Of a stretch of DNA of 32,000 bases, positions 8,576 to 15,242 are shown piece after piece (the first letter of the stretch is position 1; every line of letters starts with the position of its first letter). The translations under genes were made by a program, and so were the position numbers. The notes under the pieces are model-generated. The model searched no databases, was not told the DNA's origin, and saw only the letters and a list, made by a program, of their open reading frames with translations. This DNA is from Schaalia meyeri (GTDB lineage Bacteria > Actinomycetota > Actinomycetes > Actinomycetales > Actinomycetaceae). The stretch covers positions 90,001 to 122,000 of the forward strand of contig NZ_FNLK01000015.1 of the NCBI RefSeq assembly GCF_900105015.1, given 5' to 3'.

Positions 8576-9604
8576 ATGAAGTCACTGCTGACCAGGAACG
8601 GGCGGCTGCGCGCGTGGGTGATTCCCGCCCTGATCGCGCTGATCGTCGCGTGCGCGGCCGCGGCGATGATGATCGGACGGTTCTCCGTGTCACTGGAGGA
8701 TGTGGTCGCCGCCCTGCGGGCACGCTTTTGGGGAGGTCCCGCGGTTTCCCCGCGCGTCAACTCCGTCGTGTTCGACCTGCGCGCACCCCGTATTATCGTG
8801 GCGATCCTGGTCGGCGGGGGCCTGTCGGTCGCGGGTGCGTCGTTCCAGTCACTGTTCTCCAACCCGCTGGCGACTCCGGACACGCTGGGGGTCGCGGCCG
8901 GGACCTGCGTCGGCGCCGTGATCGCGCTGCTGCTCGACTGGAACCTGATCGGCGTGCAGGCCGCCGCCCTGACCGTCGGCCTGGGGACCATGGCTTTCAC
9001 GACCGCGATCTCGCGCACCAGGACGGGCTCCTTCAACGTGATCACGCTGGTGTTGGGGGGCGTCATCGTGTCGGCCCTCGCTAACGCCGTCCTGTCGCTG
9101 CTGAAGCTGACGGCCGACCCGACCAGCCAGCTCCCCGAAATCACCTACTGGCTCATGGGATCCCTGGCGGCCGTCACCTACCACCAGATCGCGTTGGGCG
9201 CGCCCTTCATCGTCGCGGGCGTCACCGTGATCGTGGCGCTGCGCTGGCAGCTCAACATCTTGTCCCTCTCCGAGGACGAGGCCCGCTCCGCCGGCGTCAA
9301 CGTCTCCCTGATGCGGGCGATCCTGATCGTCGCGTCGACGGTCATCACGGCCTCGGTGATCTCGATGTGCGGCCAGGTCGGCTGGGTGGGCTTGCTGGTG
9401 CCGCACTGCGCGCGCATGCTGTGTGGGCAGAACAATCGCGCCGTTATCCCCGCGTCCCTGCTGCTGGGGTCGGCCCTGATGATCGTCATCGACACGCTGG
9501 CACGCTCCCTGTCCGCCTCGGAGATACCGATCTCGATCCTGACGGCCATCATCGGCGCGCCGTTCTTTATCGTGCTGCTGCGCCGGACGGGGGGCGCGCG
9601 ATGA
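8576..9604 (+). CDS. Iron-chelate ABC transporter permease, FecCD family
   Basis: Polytopic membrane protein with typical FecCD features (RIIVAILVGGGLSVAGASFQSLFSNPLATPDTLGV; C-terminal GAPFFIVLLRR). ATG 8576 is preceded by GGGGAGAGGA. The stop overlaps the next start (ATGA at 9601-9604). Confidence 0.9.
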   Translation: MKSLLTRNGRLRAWVIPALIALIVACAAAAMMIGRFSVSLEDVVAALRARFWGGPAVSPRVNSVVFDLRAPRIIVAILVGGGLSVAGASFQSLFSNPLATPDTLGVAAGTCVGAVIALLLDWNLIGVQAAALTVGLGTMAFTTAISRTRTGSFNVITLVLGGVIVSALANAVLSLLKLTADPTSQLPEITYWLMGSLAAVTYHQIALGAPFIVAGVTVIVALRWQLNILSLSEDEARSAGVNVSLMRAILIVASTVITASVISMCGQVGWVGLLVPHCARMLCGQNNRAVIPASLLLGSALMIVIDTLARSLSASEIPISILTAIIGAPFFIVLLRRTGGAR

Positions 9605-10401
9605 TTAGCGTTCAGGGCGCGACCTTCACCTATCCCGGCGCGCCCGCCCCGATCCTGCGTGACATGAGCTTTACTGTCCCGGAGCGTTCCCTGCTGGCCG
9701 TCCTGGGGCCCAACGGGGCGGGGAAGACGACGCTGCTGCGCACCATGATCGGCCTGCAAAAGTGGGACAGCGGGCGCACCTTGATCGACGGCACCGACAT
9801 TTCCGACATGTCGACGCGCGCGCTGGGCCGGGTGCTGTCCTACGTTCCGCAGGCACGCAACGCGTCCAACGTGGCGCTCACCGGCCTGGAGATGGTCATA
9901 GTCGGGCGCGCACCGCACATGCGCACCTTGGCCCAGCCGGGGGCTCGCGAGGAGGCGATGGCCCGGGAGGTTCTCGACGAGATCGGCGCCTCGCACCTGG
10001 CGGAGATGCCATGCGCGACCATGTCGGGCGGGCAGTTCCAGATGATCCTCATTGCCCGCGCGCTCGTCGCGAACCCGCGGGTCCTCGTGCTGGATGAACC
10101 GGAGACCGGACTGGATTTCCGCAACCAACTGATCGTCCTGGGGTTGCTCGAACGCCTCGTGAAGGATCGGGGGCTGGCCGTCATCATGAACACGCACTAC
10201 CCGGCTCACGCCCTGAGGGTTGCGGACCAGGTTGCGCTCTTTTCCTCCACCCACCAGGCCGTGGTCGGTCCCGCGTCCTCCGTGATGAACGCTGCCACCC
10301 TGGCGGACGTGTTCGGGGTGGACGTGGCGATCGGCTGCGTGCCCTTCGAGGGCGAGGACGTGAGGGCCATCGTGCCGGTGCGGCTGGCCGGCCCGCAATA
10401 G
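9601..10401 (+). CDS. Iron-chelate ABC transporter ATP-binding protein (FecE/FepC-like)
   Basis: Walker A GPNGAGKTTLL, signature MSGGQFQM, Walker B VLVLDEPETGLD, H-loop NTHYP. The start ATG 9601 lies inside the longer track ORF 9367..10401. Confidence 0.9.
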   Translation: MISVQGATFTYPGAPAPILRDMSFTVPERSLLAVLGPNGAGKTTLLRTMIGLQKWDSGRTLIDGTDISDMSTRALGRVLSYVPQARNASNVALTGLEMVIVGRAPHMRTLAQPGAREEAMAREVLDEIGASHLAEMPCATMSGGQFQMILIARALVANPRVLVLDEPETGLDFRNQLIVLGLLERLVKDRGLAVIMNTHYPAHALRVADQVALFSSTHQAVVGPASSVMNAATLADVFGVDVAIGCVPFEGEDVRAIVPVRLAGPQ

Positions 10402-10588
10402 CCCGGCTTGCGCCGCGACGCGCCCCGCGCACCCGCGCGAAACGATGCGATGCTTTGGTGTGCGGTCCCGTTTTCCCGGCGATGGCAGTCTTTTGCCAAC
10501 CCTTTACGCGACAACTGTGCGGTGCCTTACAAGGACTTGTGTGGGTATGGACCGCGCGGCCACGTCGCCGTAGAATAGGTACTGCACC

Positions 10589-10620
10589 AACGGGGGCGAC
10601 GCAGGTCGGCCCCGTTTTTT
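10589..10620 (+). terminator. Rho-independent terminator-like hairpin
   Basis: AACGGGGGCGAC (10589-10600), loop GCAG, GTCGGCCCCGTT (10605-10616). That is a 12-bp stem with one mismatch, running into a T6 tract (10615-10620). A TGGACC-17-TAGAAT promoter-like element (10548-10576) ends only 12 nt upstream. Confidence 0.55.
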
Positions 10621-10725
10621 GATGCCGCCGCCCTCCCGGGCGGCGCGGGCCGACCGGCCCACACAACACGCTGGCGTGCGGGGCGCGCTTCGCGCCTCCG
10701 CGCGAAGACAAACTCAAGGAGAACC

Positions 10726-10944
10726 ATGGACCACATCGTCAAGGCTGAGACCGCGCCCACCATCAGCCAGGCCACCGCCTCGGCTTCCGTTTTCGTCGCC
10801 CTCATCGTCGTCCTGGCCGGACTCGGCATGGCCGCCGCCCTGCAGGTCGCCTCCGTGTCATCGATGGTCCTGGCGGTCGTCATCGCCCTGACCGCCCTGA
10901 TCGTCTCCCCCGCGATCATCTCGATCGCTCGCACGCGCGCCTGA
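10726..10944 (+). CDS. Small hydrophobic protein (72 aa, two predicted TM helices), unknown function
   Basis: AAGGAG (10716-10721) lies 4 nt before ATG 10726. The sequence MDHIVKAETAPTISQATASASVFVALIVVLAGLGMAAALQVASVSSMVLAVVIALTALIVSPAIISIARTRA has two hydrophobic spans. Its own terminator follows. Confidence 0.55.
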   Translation: MDHIVKAETAPTISQATASASVFVALIVVLAGLGMAAALQVASVSSMVLAVVIALTALIVSPAIISIARTRA

Positions 10945-10982
10945 GACACTGCGGGGCGACGAACGCGCGCCCCTCCCATCCC

Positions 10983-11017
10983 AGCGTGACACCGCCGAGG
11001 TGTCGCGCTTTTTCTTT
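10983..11017 (+). terminator. Rho-independent terminator after the 72-aa ORF
   Basis: 11-bp stem, AGCGTGACACC (10983-10993) with GGTGTCGCGCT (10999-11009), containing one G-U pair. The loop is GCCGA. It is followed by TTTTTCTTTG. Confidence 0.6.
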
Positions 11018-11081
11018 GCCTGCCTCCCCCCGCCTCGTCCATGTGAGCGCCGAAAAACCGGGCATTGGAGCCCCCGGAGAC

Positions 11082-11111
11082 TTGCGAATCGTGTTCACCC
11101 CCTATTAGAGT
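11082..11111 (+). promoter_or_regulatory. Putative promoter of the effector module (TTGCGA - 18 nt - TAGAGT)
   Basis: TTGCGA at 11082-11087 and TAGAGT at 11106-11111 (TAnnnT type). It lies about 35 nt upstream of the helper gene, in the only non-coding gap after the preceding terminator. Confidence 0.3.
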
Positions 11112-11144
11112 CTATTTGTCAACCACTGCATCGAGGAGGATGTG

Positions 11145-11441
11145 ATGAACGGTTTTCGCATGGACACAGACAGGTTGGAAGAGGCCTCGGGGGAAATGGG
11201 TCGGCTATCCGACGGGATGAGCGAACTGGGGCTGGACAAGTGTGAAGAGTCCTTCGACTGTGGAGATAGCGCCGTGAGAGACGCGCTGATGTATTTTGTC
11301 TCCATGTACAACAGGCGCGGTCAGGCCACACGGGAGTGGCTCAACAAGACCGCCAGCGGGCTGCACGCTACCGCGTATGCGACGCAGGAAACCGACGACG
11401 AAGTGGCGGCGGTCTTCGAGGCGATTCGAGCGAAGCTGTAG
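11145..11441 (+). CDS. Small helical ESX/T7SS-associated helper (EspC/DUF2580-like, WXG100 superfamily) carrying a YxxxE motif
   Basis: AGGAGG (11134-11139) lies 5 nt before ATG 11145. The product is 98 aa and reads as all-helical. The C-terminal LHATAYATQETDDEVAAVFEAI contains Y78-A-T-Q-E82 (TAT at 11376-11378). The gene ends 13 nt before the WXG-protease gene. Confidence 0.6.
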   Translation: MNGFRMDTDRLEEASGEMGRLSDGMSELGLDKCEESFDCGDSAVRDALMYFVSMYNRRGQATREWLNKTASGLHATAYATQETDDEVAAVFEAIRAKL

Positions 11442-11454
11442 AAACGAGGGAATC

Positions 11455-12753
11455 ATGGAAGCGAGATTTTCGCAGCGCTTTCCGGCTGTGACGGGGGATC
11501 TGGGCTCGATCTGGTCGTGTCAGAACGAAATCAGGAATCGCTCGCGCCAGATCGGGGAGCTGTACACCGGCGTCAACGCTGTCATCAGCCGGTGCATCGA
11601 CTGGGAGGGACAGGCGAAAGACGCCTTCATCAACAGCGCGAGCGTCGAGAAACGCGAGATTGGCATCTGGGAGGACGGCACCCTCCAGGCGGCGAACGCG
11701 CTGAAGAGCTACTACTTCACTCTGGAGTGGGTCATTGGCTCGGTCAACGGGATCCGTGCCCGGGCGGACGAGCTGTGGGAGCAATACCAGGCGATGACCC
11801 CCGCCGACAGGGCGATGCAGGAGGCTTCCATTAAGGAGGAACTTTCCTACCTGCAAAAGAGCTACGACGACGCGAAGAACGAGCTGTCGAACCAGGCGCT
11901 GAACACCGCGGCCTCCCTCAGGGAGGCCCTGTATTTCACGCCGGAGGATATCCACACGGTCGAAGACGAGCACATCGACATTGGGGACACACGTTCCCTA
12001 ACAGACACAGAGATCAACAGCATCCTCGCCCACCTCAGCAATCCTTCATCCACCCTGTTCAGTATCAAGCAAGGGCAAATTGGAGACTGCCACCTGCTCG
12101 CCTCGCTCAACGCTTATAACCAGACCGAGGCGGGACGCAGGTATCTGGCGAGCCTCATTACCCCGCACTACGGCGCCGACGGCAAGGTGGACGGGTTCTA
12201 CGTGAACTTCCCCGGGTTCGGCAGGAACCGCAGGCGCGTTTTTGTCCAGGACGTACTGGAGCATGGGGATACCGCCGGGAGGAGCCGCAACGCTGACCTC
12301 GGCTCCATCTTCGAGAAGGCATTCGTCCAATCGCACATGGGCGGGACACGGGGGAAGTTCCCCACGTGGGGAGCCTCCGGGAGCCTGTCGGCCTTGACCA
12401 TGACGGACATCTCCGGCAAGCTCACCGCACCGATTCCACTCACGAACTCCACCAACGCGGCCGCCATGTTTGCCGCAATAGCCGCGGTCAACACGGGCAA
12501 GCCGGTCGTCGCCGAGTCCGGCCTCGTTACCGGGCCCGCAGACGTCATCGTCGGCGGGGAGCCGACGAGGATCCAGGTCTCCTCCAGCCACGTCTACACC
12601 GTCGTCGGAGCGGACGGCAACGGCGTGACCCTCACGAACCCGTGGGGGCACAACGATGCCCCCAACGGTAGTCGAACGGAGGCAACCTTCACGATGAGCT
12701 GGAGGGACTTCTTCGCCAACTTCGGCGACGTCACCGTGGGGCGGGTCCCGTGA
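11455..12753 (+). CDS. Putative T7SS-secreted polymorphic toxin: WXG100-like N-terminal domain fused to a calpain-like (peptidase C2-type) cysteine protease domain
   Basis: GAGGGA RBS before ATG 11455; the product is 432 aa. N-terminal helical region of about 190 aa with IDW50EG52QAKDAF (TGG at 11602-11604). C-terminal domain motifs: KQGQIGDC212HLLASL (TGC at 12088-12090), IFEKAFVQSH, SSH379VYTVVG (CAC at 12589-12591) and LTN395PWG (AAC at 12637-12639). These match calpain QGxLGDCWLLAA, EKAYAK, GHAYS and RNPWG. The upstream part of the track ORF (11296-11454) overlaps the helper gene out of frame and is not used. Confidence 0.8.
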   Translation: MEARFSQRFPAVTGDLGSIWSCQNEIRNRSRQIGELYTGVNAVISRCIDWEGQAKDAFINSASVEKREIGIWEDGTLQAANALKSYYFTLEWVIGSVNGIRARADELWEQYQAMTPADRAMQEASIKEELSYLQKSYDDAKNELSNQALNTAASLREALYFTPEDIHTVEDEHIDIGDTRSLTDTEINSILAHLSNPSSTLFSIKQGQIGDCHLLASLNAYNQTEAGRRYLASLITPHYGADGKVDGFYVNFPGFGRNRRRVFVQDVLEHGDTAGRSRNADLGSIFEKAFVQSHMGGTRGKFPTWGASGSLSALTMTDISGKLTAPIPLTNSTNAAAMFAAIAAVNTGKPVVAESGLVTGPADVIVGGEPTRIQVSSSHVYTVVGADGNGVTLTNPWGHNDAPNGSRTEATFTMSWRDFFANFGDVTVGRVP

Positions 12754-13232
12754 GCGTTAAGCCCCCGCGCAAGCGCACCGTGTTCACCATCCTCGCCCTG
12801 GTCTTCGTCATCGCCTGGACCTACGCCCACATCGCCTACGCCTGGCCCTGGAAACGATTCCAAACAGGCACCCGCATCACCTGCCAAGGCCAATACAGCG
12901 TCGGCTCTATACCAAACACTCCGGCTCCCCTACTGGGATTTCTTTCCGGCGGCTCCCCCGTACTCTTCGGCGCCAGGGGCAGGATCAACATGGGGGTCGA
13001 GACAGCCAGCATCGGCCTATCCGCAGAGATTGACGGCAAGATAGACACCCTCGCCTACGTGCCGGAAGTGAGCCTGGGGGAGTCCGCCACCGTCGATGGG
13101 GTGGGCACCTTCACCCTCAAACGGGCCTACTCGGGCACTGTGTGGTTCACCCCCAACCCCGGGGGAGCAACCTTCTGCTTCGAACCCGACCCCACCTTCA
13201 CCATACGAGAAGGAAAACAACGAGTGAAATGA
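12750..13232 (+). CDS. Membrane-anchored small protein, candidate immunity/inhibitor protein, copy 1
   Basis: GTG 12750 overlaps the toxin stop (GTGA). The product is 160 aa. It has a KPPRKR positive patch, then the TM helix TVFTILALVFVIAWTYAHIAYAW, then a roughly 120-aa beta-looking domain with two Cys residues. It is a paralogue of the next gene. Confidence 0.7.
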   Translation: MSVKPPRKRTVFTILALVFVIAWTYAHIAYAWPWKRFQTGTRITCQGQYSVGSIPNTPAPLLGFLSGGSPVLFGARGRINMGVETASIGLSAEIDGKIDTLAYVPEVSLGESATVDGVGTFTLKRAYSGTVWFTPNPGGATFCFEPDPTFTIREGKQRVK

Positions 13233-13276
13233 GGACAAGCACTCTCACCACCCTCACCGCAGGGCGGGTCCCGTGA
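13229..13276 (+). other. 15-codon relic ORF (MRTSTLTTLTAGRVP) retaining the toxin 3' end, bridging the two paralogues
   Basis: ATG 13229 overlaps the stop of copy 1 (ATGA). Its stop at 13274-13276 overlaps the GTG start of copy 2 (GTGA). Its last residues, GRVP plus stop, and about 15 nt of DNA are identical to the toxin gene end (..VTVGRVP stop). Confidence 0.35.
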
Positions 13277-13746
13277 GCGTTAAGCCCCCGCGCAAGCGCA
13301 CCGTGTTCACCATCCTCGCCCTGGTCTTCGTCATCGCCTGGACCTACGCCCACATCGCCTACGCCTGGCCCTGGAAACGATTCCAAACAGGCACCCGCAT
13401 CACCTGCCAAGGCCAATACCAGGTAGGAGCGGAACCTCACCAGAACGCGACGTACCTAGGAACACTGACTGACGACTCATTGGTGAGGTTCGACGCCTGG
13501 GGAGAAATCAACATGGGGGTCGAGACCGCAGGATTTTCCCTATTCACGATTGAAGGCAATCACGTGAACGACATCGCCTACGTGCCGGAAGTGAGCCTGG
13601 GGGAGTCCGCCACCGTCGAGGGAGTGGGCACCTTCACCCTCAAACGGGCCTACTCGGGCACTGTGTGGTTCACCCCCAACCCCGGGGGAGCAACCTTCTG
13701 CTTCGAACCCGACCCCACCTTCACCATGTTCGAAGAAGCCAAATGA
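13273..13746 (+). CDS. Membrane-anchored small protein, candidate immunity/inhibitor protein, copy 2 (variant central region)
   Basis: 157 aa. The first 49 aa are identical to copy 1. The central 52 aa are 21/52 identical. The next 50 aa are identical except for one D/E change. It has the same TM anchor and the same two Cys residues. Confidence 0.7.
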   Translation: MSVKPPRKRTVFTILALVFVIAWTYAHIAYAWPWKRFQTGTRITCQGQYQVGAEPHQNATYLGTLTDDSLVRFDAWGEINMGVETAGFSLFTIEGNHVNDIAYVPEVSLGESATVEGVGTFTLKRAYSGTVWFTPNPGGATFCFEPDPTFTMFEEAK

Positions 13747-13793
13747 GCGGGCGAGCCAGCGTAACCTCTGATCGAACCCGATCGGACCCGCCC

Positions 13794-15188
13794 TCAGGGC
13801 AGCCGCGGAGGCCGCGCCTGGGCGGCGGCCCGCGCGGCCGCCGGGGCGGCCGCAGCAATCGCCTCGATCTCGGCGTCACCGTGCGCCGCGGAGGTGAACC
13901 AAACCTCGAACACTGAGGGCGGCAGTGCTATGCCCGAGGACAGGAAGGAATGGAAGAACGGACCGTAACGCCACGCCTCCTGGGCACGCGCCTGCTCGTA
14001 GTCGTACACGCCAAAGGCGGCAGCGACCTCGCCGAACATGAACGAAAACAGAGAGCCCGTGCGCTGGACGCGGTGAGCGACTCCGCAGGCGCTGAGGGCA
14101 TCGGAAACAATGGTACTGATCGCCTGAGCCGAGGCATTCACACGGTCGTACACGCCCCGGTCGGCCAGCTCAAGGGTGCGCAGGCCCGCGGCGGTGGCCA
14201 GCGGATTGCCCGACAGCGTACCCGCCTGGTAGACGGGTCCCACAGGCGCCAAAAGATCCATGACGTCCGCGCGGCCACCCACGGCGGCCAGCGGCATGCC
14301 GCCCCCCACGACCTTGCCGAAGGTCACCAGGTCAGGCACCCAATCCGCGCCACCCACCGCCGAGTCATCGACGAACCCGGCGCTGAACTCGCCCGCTGGG
14401 GCGCCATCCACCCAGGAGGCCACGGCCTCCAGTCCCCACCAGCCGGCGGGGTCAACGCGGAAGCCCGTCAGGACCTCATCGAGAATCATGAGGGCGCCGT
14501 GAGCGGTACACAGGCGACGGATTTCGCGGTTCCATCCCGGGCGCGGGGGCACGGCACCCATGTTGGCGGGCGCGCCCTCGAAAATGACGGCAGCGATGCG
14601 GCCACCCGCCTCGTCGAAGCAACCGCGAAGCGCATCAACATCGTTATAGGGCAGCACGACCGTCTGCGCGGCAATCGCCTCGGGAACACCCGCGGATCCG
14701 GGCAGTCCGCCGGTGGCCACGCCGGAGCCGGCGGCCGCCAGCAGCCCGTCTGAGTGCCCGTGGTAATTCCCCGCAAACTTGACGATCAGATCGCGTCCGG
14801 TGGCGCCGCGCGCCAGGCGAATCGCTGTCATGGTCGCCTCGGTCCCGGTGGAAACGAAACGGACGCGCTGGGCAAAGGGAACGCGCTCCCGCACGGCGCG
14901 GGCGAGGAACGTCTCGGTTTCCGTGGGCGCCCCGAAGGACAGCCCGCGCGAGGCTGCTTCCTGGACGGCGGCGACGACCTGGGGATGGGAGTGACCCAGG
15001 AGCGCCGGCCCCCACGAGCCGACCAGATCCACGTAGGTGCGCCCCTCGATATCGGTGACGGTCGCGCCGCTGGCGCTCGCGATAAAACGCGGGGTGCCGC
15101 CGACGCCCCCGAAGGCGCGCACGGGCGAGTCAACGCCGCCGGGTATCACGGATTTCGCTTGAAAAAACGCTGTTTCGTTACTGGTCAC
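13794..15188 (-). CDS. hemL: Glutamate-1-semialdehyde 2,1-aminomutase
   Basis: [12 protein letters not shown], the class III aminotransferase core and a PLP-lysine context ([11 protein letters not shown]). I prefer GTG 15188 ([25 protein letters not shown]-like element 6 nt upstream, same N-terminal spacing as E. coli HemL). The track start is at 15200. Confidence 0.9.
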   Translation of the reverse strand: MTSNETAFFQAKSVIPGGVDSPVRAFGGVGGTPRFIASASGATVTDIEGRTYVDLVGSWGPALLGHSHPQVVAAVQEAASRGLSFGAPTETETFLARAVRERVPFAQRVRFVSTGTEATMTAIRLARGATGRDLIVKFAGNYHGHSDGLLAAAGSGVATGGLPGSAGVPEAIAAQTVVLPYNDVDALRGCFDEAGGRIAAVIFEGAPANMGAVPPRPGWNREIRRLCTAHGALMILDEVLTGFRVDPAGWWGLEAVASWVDGAPAGEFSAGFVDDSAVGGADWVPDLVTFGKVVGGGMPLAAVGGRADVMDLLAPVGPVYQAGTLSGNPLATAAGLRTLELADRGVYDRVNASAQAISTIVSDALSACGVAHRVQRTGSLFSFMFGEVAAAFGVYDYEQARAQEAWRYGPFFHSFLSSGIALPPSVFEVWFTSAAHGDAEIEAIAAAAPAAARAAAQARPPRLP

Positions 15189-15242
15189 GGCTACCTTCAC
15201 GGGACGAGGCCTGGGTTTGTTTCGCTTCCATCCTACCCGCGC

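Larger units (their letters stand above)
12731..13727 (+). repeat. Tandem direct duplication, 523-bp period, two copies
   Basis: 12739-12896 equals 13262-13419 (158 nt, identical by eye). 13053-13204 versus 13576-13727 shows 2 differences. The register stays constant at +523 throughout. The unit starts inside the last codons of the toxin gene. Confidence 0.85.

Noticed and set aside
9178-10398. 406-aa minus-strand ORF opposite the FecCD/FecE genes
   Set aside because: It lies antisense to genes with clear Walker and FecCD motifs and has no motifs of its own, so it is a GC shadow ORF.
11296-11454. Upstream extension of the toxin ORF to ATG 11296
   Set aside because: It overlaps the helper gene in another frame, encodes an Arg/Pro/Ser-rich peptide and lacks an SD. 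ATG 11455 has a GAGGGA SD and begins the helical WXG domain.
12594-13440. Two similar minus-strand ORFs (12594..12893 and 13198..13440) sharing ALAGDAGACLESFPGPGVGDVGVGPGDDEDQGEDGEHGALARGLNAHGTRP
   Set aside because: Their similarity is just the antisense image of the 523-bp tandem duplication. The plus-strand frames have TM anchors, coupling overlaps and coherent protein-like sequence.
10402-13793. Integrative mobile element or prophage remnant
   Set aside because: No integrase, transposase, tRNA target, inverted terminal repeats or flanking direct repeats could be found. Only the compositional shift supports foreign origin, so it is reported as an accessory insert and not as a mobile element.
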